From positions 1-32,000 of the forward strand of contig NJBF01000004.1 of assembly GCA_003144275.1 (NCBI GenBank): a DNA stretch of 32,000 nt, given 5' to 3'. Both the position numbers and the translations under genes were made by a program. This DNA is from Candidatus Heimdallarchaeota archaeon B3_Heim (GTDB taxonomy: Archaea > Asgardarchaeota > Heimdallarchaeia > Hodarchaeales > Hodarchaeaceae). Positions 19,301-31,300 of the stretch are shown here, in pieces. How positions within the stretch are numbered: the stretch's first letter is position 1; every line of letters starts with the position of its first letter. A model generated the notes under the pieces. That model was not told where the DNA came from. It saw only the letters and a list, made by a program, of their open reading frames with translations, and did not search any database.

Positions 19301-22300
19301 TGGGGAGTAAACTACCATCGCCATCTGTATGAACAAAATTAGTCTGATTAAATTGAATCCAATCTTGACCATCATACTGCCATAATGTTATATTAACCTG
19401 GAAAACACTCCCAGCAGCATTTATTCCAGAGCTAGCAAATTGAGTATTGTAGGTTAAGGTGTAATTACCATCAACATTAAGAACAGAGTTATTAATGTCA
19501 GTTGGATCATCGTCTACATCAGATGTTGCTGCTTCCATTTCATCCCACTCTAAGTAGAAACGCCATGTACTATCACTGAAACCAAGTTGTTTTTCTTTGT
19601 TATCTTCGACATAAGCAATAAAAAGCTGACGTATTACCTGATTAGAAGTAACATTAATTGTAATAAACGAGGTTTGATTTAGGGCGCTTTTTTCCTGTTC
19701 TGCACTATCCCAAGGAGTTTTCCAGTATATATTCTGCGGATCTGTACTTTCTACAGTAGGATTATCGAATGCATATATCCGATATCTAATGGTAATTGTC
19801 GAACCAACTGAGACTCTAAACGTCCAATCCAGTACTTCAGTAGAATTTTCATAACCAAATGTGAATAAACCATCTGAACCAAAATCTGGAATGTAAACCC
19901 ATTCTAGTCCCAGTAGAAGTGCGAGATCTTTACTTGTAAGTATGACGCTATTTTCCTCACTAGACACTGTTACTTGATGACCATCAATGTCGCTTATTGT
20001 TAAGCTTAGTGCGATCTTTCCAATACCTAATTGTGTTGCATCTTCAACCTCTAATACAAACCTGAGATAGTACTTCCCTTGAACTTGATTGATATAACCC
20101 CACTCTAGGAATGAATTTATTGTTGCATTGAGATTGATAACTTCAATATTCTCTAAGAATATAGTAATGAAATTATCTGTGAGATTAATATTTGTAACGG
20201 GTTCATTTCCAAATCCGATATCATCTAAAACAGTGAAATTCAGAGTAAAAGGTGTCTGTTCATCAGGATCGAAGAAATCTAGACCACCAGGCCAAGTTCG
20301 TATAGAATCAATAATCATTTTAAGGTCATGGCCTTTAATAGTCACTACTCCCCATTCCCAGAGATTGGACACAGTAGATTGTACTTTGAAGCGAATGGAT
20401 TGATTGCCTAACCATTGGATTGTTGTATTAGCGGCAAATAAGTCAAAACTAAAACCATAACTCCCATTAAGGGAGTTGAAAAAACTGCCAATATCAATTT
20501 GGTTGGTGTAATCAGAACCTTTGATAGACAGTTCTTCTAGAGATGTACTTAGAACATAATCCAATGATTGGTCCCCTTCATCTTCGCGAACATCGTAATT
20601 GACTGATATAGAGAAATCACCATCTATTTCAAACAATTGCATACTAGAGGGAACAATGGCATCAATTACAATGTCATAATATGTTACTCGACCTAAACTA
20701 ATATTTGAGTCAACCACATGATAGTACAATCCAGAGGAAAACAGCCAATTAAACTCAATATCTTTTAATCCAGTTGTTAAACCCTCTGGAAGCTGAAATG
20801 TTAGATTATGATTGCCATTCGCTAGATGAACAGATTGGATAAAGGTAGCATCAGCTCCATCAATTGTAAGATTTACATTAAAATCAACTAAGTCTGTAGT
20901 ATAAGGACTATCATCGTTCTCGAAATAAAGAATCACATTCATTAACGAATATTCTGGATTGTTAGTTTCAACTATATCAAGATCATCAGATACATATGAG
21001 ATTTCTAAATCGTGATATGTAACTACATTGGGTTTTGTAAAACTAAAAGCGAGAGAAATGTCCGCAGGAAGATCACTGACAAACCAGTTGATTTGGATGG
21101 AATATGTTGAACCTACAGAAACAGAAGTTAAACTATCTGGTAAATCAACAATTAAAATAAGAATATCATCTGACCAGCTAATACCACCTAAAATAGGAAC
21201 ATTTATACCGTCGATTGCTACATTAAACTGTGAAATATTAAGAAGACGATCGATTATTGCTTGAGTCTCATTAATTTGTAATCCGTCAAACTCAAAGTTA
21301 AATGTAATATTCCATGTGCCAGGATCATCAATTTCTACATGACGAGGAATAGTAGTGACTAAATTTACAAAGTTAAATAAGTGATAGGTAATATCTGCTG
21401 TATAACTATATTCATTGTTAACATTATCATAAACAATAATAGATACAGTTTCATTTTGTCCAGGAGTAATGACAGAATCGAAATTTGAGTCATTTGAAAG
21501 GCTCCAAGCGGTGAATCCAGTAGATACAATATCCTCAAACAGTGTAGAAATAATAGTAATATTTTGGATTCCTGATCCTAAACCATCATCAGTTTGACCA
21601 GAGAGGATAAGCTCCTTTCCATTCTGGTGAAGAATAGTCGTATCAATAACGTAACCCGCTTCAAATGGATTTGAATTATCCAGTCGAATAAGAAGGTATG
21701 CCTGCGCTTGATTATTTACTTGGTCGTAAACCGTTAAAGTAATATTAACTACACCATCATTATCATCTGAAATATTTATACCTAAATCAGAAAGAAGATT
21801 ACCATCTCCATCAGCACCAAGGTTTTGTGAAAAATAGGAATCACCACTGGTACTATCCCAAGACATATATACACTGAAAACTCCACTTAGGGAATCACTG
21901 GGAATTGAGAAAATATCATACCCACCTGTTAATTCTCCCTGATCGTACCAATTATCCAGATTATCTAGTTCATTACTCGATGGATCATAAACAGGATTAG
22001 AAACATCATTAAATGCAACAGTAGGATTTAAAAGGTCTCGAATAACCTGTAAGGGAATCTGATAGGTGTTCCCCACTTTATCATAGATCAAGAAAAAGAC
22101 TGTGGCGTTTGTATCATCAGTAGAAGTTAATTGATAAATTCTCGACCCAGAAGTGAGATTAATTTCTGGATCATTACCAATTAGTGGATAAGTAGTAGTA
22201 GCAACTCCAGCATCATTTACGTCACTATCAGATGTTGAAATCGTAATTGTAACTGACTGAGGAGAGGAATCCATCAAATCGGAATACCAAATCTTATCAA

Positions 22301-25300
22301 GATCAGCAGAATGAACATAAATTGAACCTCCATCATCAATAGATACTATACTTCCTGAAGGAGCTTGTGTATCACGTCTCACTTCCAAAGAAACAGAATC
22401 AATATTACCACAGTTATCGATACTAGTGAAGATCATGTTCCCAATATCAGTAGATGTGTTGGAAATAGTATAGGTCCAAGCATAGGGAGTAGTAGAATCA
22501 TTTAATGCTAGACCTCTGTTAAAAAAGGAGGGAAAGAGAACAAATTGTATACCAGAATCATCAATCTGTGCTCCATCATCTGTAACAACTGAAAAATCAA
22601 CAATAATATCGCTAGGCATTTGATTACCATACCATATAACCTGAGTCCCATTAGCAGGATAATAAGCAAAATCGGAGATTTCAGAAACAATAACTGGATT
22701 AACCGTTGGAACAGTATTATCCTCATAACAATTAATTGCTAAAATTCTAGTATTTCCTACCCAATCGATAATTATTAATGTAATCTGATCATCAAGACCA
22801 GCATCATCAGTGAATCCAACGAAATAAGTTAATTCATACATGCTATCATATGTCGTGTCTTCAGGAGATTCACCACCAAAATCAGAGCTGCCGCTAACTT
22901 TTTGCAGATCTGATATACCATCTGAAGTAGTTAATTGGATGGTAAAGGAGTCATTCATACTCTGATCATTTGAATAGAAAATACTTGAACCATCATAATA
23001 TAGATGTTCTGAGTCCTCAATAACATCCACAATGGATGGAACAGTCGGAGCTGTATTATCAAAGGTACATGGAAGGTTTACGGTATTATTGTTCCCAACA
23101 TTGTCCACAACAGTTATTATTATTTGATTATCTCCACCAGCGTTATCATTTTGATTCACAGTATATACCATCTCGTACATTCCACTATAAACGGTATCTT
23201 CAGGAGTTCCTCCAAAATCTAAACTTCCTATAGCTTTTTGTAATCCCGAAAGAGAATCAGTCGAAGTTAGTTGGATTGTAAAGCTTTCTGCCATAACCTG
23301 ATCATTGGAGTAAAACAGATTGGTTGTCGTTAGATTATATAAGTAGTCAGATGTCTCAATAATGCTTACTATTACAGGTTGTGTAGGTTCAACATTATCA
23401 ACAGAGATCGTAAGACTAACGCTGGTGGGATTGCCTACGTTGTCCCATACGGTAATACTAAAGGCAGGTTCTAATTCTCCTTGGTTAACTATGAACGATA
23501 ATTCATAACCGCTTCCACCATAAGTACTGTTTGTAACAGTATCCCCAAATTCACTAGCATTGGCTTTTAAGAGATCACTCCCAGTATCGATAGCCGTAAC
23601 TTGAACAGTAAAACGTTCATTCATAATTTGATCATTGGAATAGTAAAAGGTTTCACTACCTGATTCATAGAAAAGATATTGGGATCCAACTTCAACAAGA
23701 ACATCCACAATATCTAAACTTGTAGGACCAGTATTATCAAGGACGCAAGAAAGAGAAGTGGCAATTGAATTGCCAACTCGGTCATAAACCGTTATAATAA
23801 TTTGATTATCCCCACCTGCGGTTTCACCATCGCTTAAAGTATAATAAAGTGAATATTCGGATGAATAGGAAAGATTAAATGGAGATTCTCCTCCAAAATC
23901 AATACTTCCAGTAGCATTAAGAAGATCTGCTCCGCTATCGCTCGTAGTAAAGTGAATCGTAATGACTTCACTCATTTGATAATTATTGGAATAGTAAAAG
24001 GTAGGGGCATTGTAATATAAATACTCTGAATATTCATCAACTGAGGTAATCACTGGAACAGAAGGATTGTCATTATCCAACTGAAGATCAACACTAAGAG
24101 AGTTATTAACGTTTCCTACTAGATCATATACATTAAAGGTGATGAGAGCGCCACCTGTCTCACTTTGACTCACGGTATAATTAATTTGATATCCACTATC
24201 ATAAGTAAAATCACTTGGAACCTCACCGAATGCGCCAGTACCTGTTAAATTGTATAATCCGGCTCCACCTACGTTATCTTGAGCAAGAATGGTAATAATG
24301 AAAGTATCGGACATTGGTTGATCATTTGAGAAGAATAAACGAGTTGAAGAGTTATCATAATAGAGGTATTCACCATTTTCTACAAAGCTAACAATGGACA
24401 GATTTTCGGGACTTGAGGTATCACGAACCACTTGTATAACCATATAGGTTTCACTTCGTCCACTAGCATCATAAGCCGTCGCATTAATCCAATAACCATT
24501 AGGTGTTGCATTCGTAACATTGAAGGTACCAACAAGGGTCTCATTTTGTAAAAGAATTGATAAGAAAGGTTCAAACCGTGTGTATCCTCCTATCATTCCA
24601 CTCCCACTGTCAAGAGCGGTAATCGTCACATTAAAGTTAGCTGGATTCGATCCCATTAAGGTGCTGTAATACAATTTGTTATTGGGTGTATCAGCGAAGA
24701 TAGTCCATTTATATGGAATAAATTCACTCAGAGATTGAAGTGAGACAATGGGATCTTCTTCGTCTACGAATAGATTTACTTGTATCCAGCTACTATTGAT
24801 TCCAGCTAAATTCCGTGCTCTAACGAGGATACTACGATTTCCTGTGTTTCCAATATCATAATTAATCAAGGAATTGGTGGCATTGTAATAATCAGTGTTG
24901 ATAATATTATACCATCTCAGCAATTCTGTTGAATTATCATAGTTTTGCTCTGTACTGTTTTGATCGCTTTTTATATAGATATCAGTGATTTTTGAGCTCG
25001 ATTCAAAGATAAAGGTTAGATTAAAATCAGACCCATCCCAATCATATAAGAACGGATTAGGAATCCCTGGTTCATTTCCGAGGACATCAATGCTAAAAAT
25101 GATTGGTCCCAAAGTATCTAAACGAAGGTTAAAACCATAGAGACCTGAACTAAAAATGTGTGTCTGAATATTCCCCGCCTCATCTTGGACACGAATATCA
25201 ATTGTGTTTTCTCCATTAAATAGAGTATCATTCCATGAAGAGATAGTCCAGTTTGTGACATAATCGCCAGCTTGGGTTGAGTCAAATATAACATACCAAC

Positions 25301-28300
25301 CTTGGCCGTCATCTGTTTGATATTCCGCTTTAGTCAATCTACTAGCTAACGAATGAGTCTCGTTGTTCCTCAGAAAATCTACATCAAATGTCGTTAGATA
25401 ATCCGCGAGATTGTAATAAGGAGTTAATCCACCTGCGGTTGGATCATTATATTCTATTTCTGGGGGAGTATCATCGTGCCAAATCTGAACACTAGCTGAT
25501 TGAGTGTTGTTGACGTGATCCCAACAATAGACTGTAAGAGTAATATTAGCGTTATTTATGATATTAATTTCATTTTCATCATTCCAAGTTGACCCTACTA
25601 GGGAATCGACTGTAAATACTTGTTGTGTTGCAACGTAAGAGGTTAATACTTCATCATATTGCGAAAATGCAAAGCTTGTAGTAGTAATCCCACTATTATA
25701 AGTTCCTAAATTATCAATCGCTGTTCCACCATATGATGCAATTCCTCCAACAGAATTGTTCCAACCTGAAGTGGGGAAATCAATAGTTAATGAAGGAGCT
25801 GTATTATCCTTCCTACAGGTTAAACCAATCGAATTTCTATTGCCAACTAGATCATATAACCAGATTGTAAGAGTACCATCCGAAACATCGTCATTTTGGA
25901 CAATATTGTATTCCAGTTGATAATATGTACTGTAAGTTGAATTTCCAATTCCTGTATCACCAAATTCGTCATCTCCCGTTGCATTCTTTCTTCCTACTCC
26001 AGAGTCTGTCCCAGAAATATGAATTTTGAATGTGGCACTCATAGGTTGGTCATTGGAGAAAAATAAATTAATTCCATCATAATAAAGAAAATCTGATTCG
26101 GGAGACTCAAGAAGAGCAACAATAGCTAAACTTTGAGGCGGTGTATTATCAAGGTTGGTTGTTAAAGCCACACTTGCAGGATTACCAACATTGTCCCAAA
26201 CTGTTATACTAAATGCTGGTTCTGAATCTCCTTCATTAACAACGAAGGATAATTCGTAACCACTGGGTCCGTAGAAGCTCTCTGAAACACTGTCCCCAAA
26301 TTCAGTAGCATTAGCTTTTTGTAAATCACTTCCCGTGTCGATAGCCGTCACTTGAACTGTGAGGCTTTCTGCCATTGTTTGATCATTAGAATAATAGAAA
26401 GTCTCTCCACTACTGTCATAATATAAAAATTGTGCTCCGACTTCTTCTATTACATCATCTATTGAAACACTTGTTGGACCGGCATTATCTACTACACAAC
26501 TTAAAGAATAAGTTCGTGAATTGCCCACTTGATCATAAGCTGTAATATTTATCCAATTATCAGCACCTGCAGTTTCACCATTACTTACGGAATATGTAAG
26601 GATGTACTGAGAATCGTATGTAGAATCCTCAGGTGTTTCTCCTCCAAAATCAGTACTACCGTTTGCTTTAAGTAATCCCGATATTGCATCGGTAGTGGTA
26701 AATTGAATGGTTAAGCTATCACTCATCGGTTGATCATTGGAATAGTAAAATGTAGGCGCATCATAATAAAGATATGCTGAAGACTCAATAACAGCAGTTA
26801 CAATGGGTAGAGAAGGATTACTATTATCTAGAATGCAACTGATGGATGTTGAATTGGCATTTCCTACTCGATCAAAGACCTCTATCACTATCTGATTATC
26901 TCCACCTGCATGTTCGGTCTCCCCGACAGTATATACAAGATCATATTGCCCAAGATAGCTAATATCTTCAGGTGTTCCACCAAAATCAGTGCTACCATTT
27001 GCTTTCAGGAGCCCCGCACTTAAGTCGTCAGTCGTTAATTGAATAGTAAAAGGATCATCCATTGGTTGGTCATTAGAATAATAGAAAGTCTGTCCACTAA
27101 TGTTGTAATATAAGTACTCAGACGACTCAATTATTCCTATAATGGTAGGTTCTGTAGGTGATTGATTATCAAGCACTAGAGTCAGACTAACAGAAGAATT
27201 AACATTTCCTACACGATCAAAGACCGAAAATAATATTGCTCCACCACCAGTTTCCCCTATACTTACAGTGTAGGAAATAAAATATTCACCTACGTAATCA
27301 GAATCTGATGGTTGTTCGCTAAACGCAAGGCTACTAGTAAGATTTTTCAACCCTGCACCTCCTCCATTGTCCGCAGATAGTAAGGAAACATCGAATAAAG
27401 CATTCATTATTTGATCATTTGAATAATAAAGAGTTGTGATGGAACTATCATAGTAAAGATATTCACTTGAATAACTCACACTCTGAATCGTTATCCCAGA
27501 TGGAGGTGTATTGTCTTTGACTAAGTTTAATGTTACAGAATCAATATTATGTACCCTATCATAAACTGTAAATGTTATTTGATCTCCTGATGCTTCTTCA
27601 TCGTAACCGACTGAATAATTTACAAGATAATATCCTTGATACGAGGTATCTGAAGGGGTGTCAGTAAAATCTGTGCTTCCTTCAACTTTTAATAATCCAC
27701 TTCCCACACCATCTTGACTTGTGATATTAACACTGAATAATTCATTTTGTCCAAAGTGCTGATTTGCATAATAGAGAATGGTAGCTGAATAGTCAAGAAA
27801 TTCACTGTTTTCGATGATTTCATTTATAGGATCAATTATGGGAGCAGTATTATCTAAAGTAACTGGAAGAAGAATACTACTATTTACATTGCCCACTTTA
27901 TCATATACAAAGACTTGAACCACTCCACCGCCAACAGTTTCTGATTGAGAAACAGTATATTGGAGGTCAAATGTCCCTGATGCATTTGTTGTTATAACAG
28001 GCGATTCTCCAAAGGCTAATGAGCCCGAGACATTTTCAACACCACTCAATAATTCAAGAACATCAATATGGAGCGATAGGCTTTCACTCATTGCTTGATC
28101 GTTGGAGTAAAATAAGACTGTTCCACTATAGTAAAGGAGATCGCTGACATCAGGGCCAGTTAATGAATCGAGTGTTACGAAATCTGGGGCATCGTTATCT
28201 AGGATACAATCTAAATTGAGAGAATTACTATTACCAACGTTATCAAATATCGTTAAGATAATATAGTTGTCAGATGCATATTCATTTGTGTTGAGAGTAT

Positions 28301-31300
28301 AAGGAAGTTCATAATAGGAACTATAAACCAAATCACCCACGATTGATCCACCAAAATCTGCTTCACCTGTAGCATTCAATCGTCCCGCTCCTCCCACATC
28401 ACTTCCTGTTAAACGAATTGTAAATGGTTCATCTAATGATGCAGTCTTGTTAGAGTAGTATAGAATATCATTTGATAAGTCATAATGGAGATAGTATGAG
28501 GACTCAATAATATCGGAGATTGAAATACTCGGAGCGGAGTTATCTTTGATACAACTCAAATCAATTGAATTTACATTACCTACCCTGTCGAACATCGAAA
28601 TTGTAACCAGTTCATCAGAAGCATTGTCATTCTGAACTATATTATACGTAAGTTCATAAAATGTAGAATAACTAGAACTTCCTACCCCTACATCATTGAA
28701 TTCTGCTTCACCTGTAGCATTCTTTCTTCCCGCTCCAGAATCGGTTCCATTTATACGGATCACAAAAGTAGCTGTCATTACTTGATCGTTGGAGTAGTAG
28801 AGTGTGGATCCATCAAAATACAGGTAATCTGAATCTGGAGTTTCTAGTACTGTTATGATATTCAAGTTTTGGGGAGCTGTATTATCAACCTGTGTCACTA
28901 AGGTAAATAATTCTGAGTTATCTACATTATCCCATACGAGAATAGTAAATGTTGGTTCCGATTCTCCTTGATTAATAGTAAAACTTAATTCAAATCCGCT
29001 ACCTCCGTATATACTTGTCGATACGCTATCTCCGAATTCGCTTGCATTTGCTCTTTGTCTTCCACTTTCAAGATCATCTGCAGTTACCTGAACTGTAAAG
29101 CTTTCAGCCATCAACTGATCATTAGAATAATAAAATACTTCAGAACCAGAATTGTAGAATAAATACTCACTCGATTCTAAAATATCAGTCAATGCAACAT
29201 TTATTGGAGGAGAGTTGTCGTGGTACAAATCAAAGGATATTGTCTGGTTATTTCCGACAAAATCTAAAACAGATATTGTAACAGAACCATTGTAGCTCGC
29301 AACTGCAGGTCCGTCTATCTGATAGCTAAACTCCCATAATCCTCCTACATGACTAGTGTCAGATCCTCCAAGAGTAAAACCTGATCCAATATCAGGAAAA
29401 ACAGCATAACGTAAACCAGCTCCTCCTGTATCCGAAGAATTAACTCTTACTGTGAAATTACGGGATCCACGATCTGGACGAACATTTGAATAATATAAAG
29501 TCGTTGTAAGGTTGACATAATGGAGATATTCAGCTAGTAGTTCTTCAATGATATCATCAATAGCCAGGTTAGATGGAGCTTCATTATCAACAACAAAGAA
29601 AACCAAGAATGTGTAATTGTTATTTACGTGATCAGTGATAGTAATCGATATGTTACCTGTTGTTGTATCGTTTTCATCATCTGTTGAATCTATCCCATAA
29701 TCAGCTGACCATGATGCTCCTAAGTCAGTAGAGGGAGTACTCCCAAAAACTGTTTGAAAACTAACTCTATCGACTCCTGATCCTCCTAAACCATCAAATC
29801 CAGTCCCATAAACTGTTAAAGTTTGTGTACTGGACATTTCATCGCTGAAGAAGAAGTGAGATGTATTATAATGGAGAAAATCACTGCCATGGTCATCAAA
29901 ATAGTACTCATCATTTAACAAAGAGGGATTAGTCAAATCACCATATACCGTTAATGCAACACTATTGCTATTATTCACTTGATCATATATCCAAAATGTT
30001 AATGTACCATTTTCCACATTATCAGTGGTATTTAGGATGTAGGTAGCAAAATTAGAAATATCTGCGTAGCTTTCTCCTAGATAGGATCCTCCAATCATTA
30101 ATTTGTAACCACTTTCATTCGCAGGTTCATTATAATCAACAACTACGGTAAATGTATGGTCTACGGTAGATTTATTGCTGAGATATAATGTTAAAGTCCC
30201 TGTATCATTATAAAGGTAAATGAAATTCGATCCATAGTCATTTATAAGACTAATTTTTACATCACGAGGACCAGAGTTATCAATTCGCGTAACTAAATCA
30301 ACGCTATCCGAATTACCACACATATCAAAGATAGTAATTGTTACTAGATTATCAGAAGCATTTTCCGATTGTAAAATGTCATATGATAATTCAAAGTACC
30401 CTGAATACGCACTTGTACCTATTCCAGTTTCCTCGAATTCATCCTCACCTGTAGCATTCTTTAAACCCGCACCAAAGTCTGTAGCATTTACACGTATTGT
30501 GAAAGATTCAGCCATTACTTGATCATTACTATAGAAGAGAATCTCTTTTGGTGAATCATAATAAAGAAAATCACTCAACTCATCGCCAATAATATCTAAT
30601 ATAACAAGACTCACTGGGGCATTATTATCTAGAAACGTGGGTAAAGAGGTTGAATTAATATTACCACAGTTATCATAGAAGAATATAGCTATTTGATCCC
30701 CTGTTACAGGGTCACCAGAATTCACTGTATAATTTAATTCATAAAATCCTGCATAGGTGGTATCAAACACATTTGTTTCACCAAGATCATCCTCACCTGT
30801 GGCATTTAATATTCCAGAACCACTATCACTTCCAAAAACTCGTATAGTAAATTGCTCATTTAATGCTGGATTAGTATTGGAGAAGTACAGATTTCCACCT
30901 GTATAGTGGAGATATTCACTGTTGGCATGACCATTAACAGCTTCAATTGACAATTCTGTTGGACCATCATTATCAATAGTTAGCGTAATATTATCTGTTG
31001 CACTATTCCCGACCATATCATAACCAGAAACTATTAAGTTACCTGTTTCATTTTCATTTTCATTGATGTAATAACCAAGATTATAGTAAGAATCACTTAC
31101 GTAGATTGTCCCTATAGGAGAATCTCCGAAAGCCGTTGCCCCTGTCGCTCTATCACGTCCACTTTGTCCGATACCATCATCAACTGTAACATTCAAAGTG
31201 AATGACGAATTCATACTTTGATCGTTTGAGTAAAACAGCGTTCCACCACTATAGTGAAGAAGCCAAGAATTTTCTGTTAACGTAGTGATGTTAACTATTG

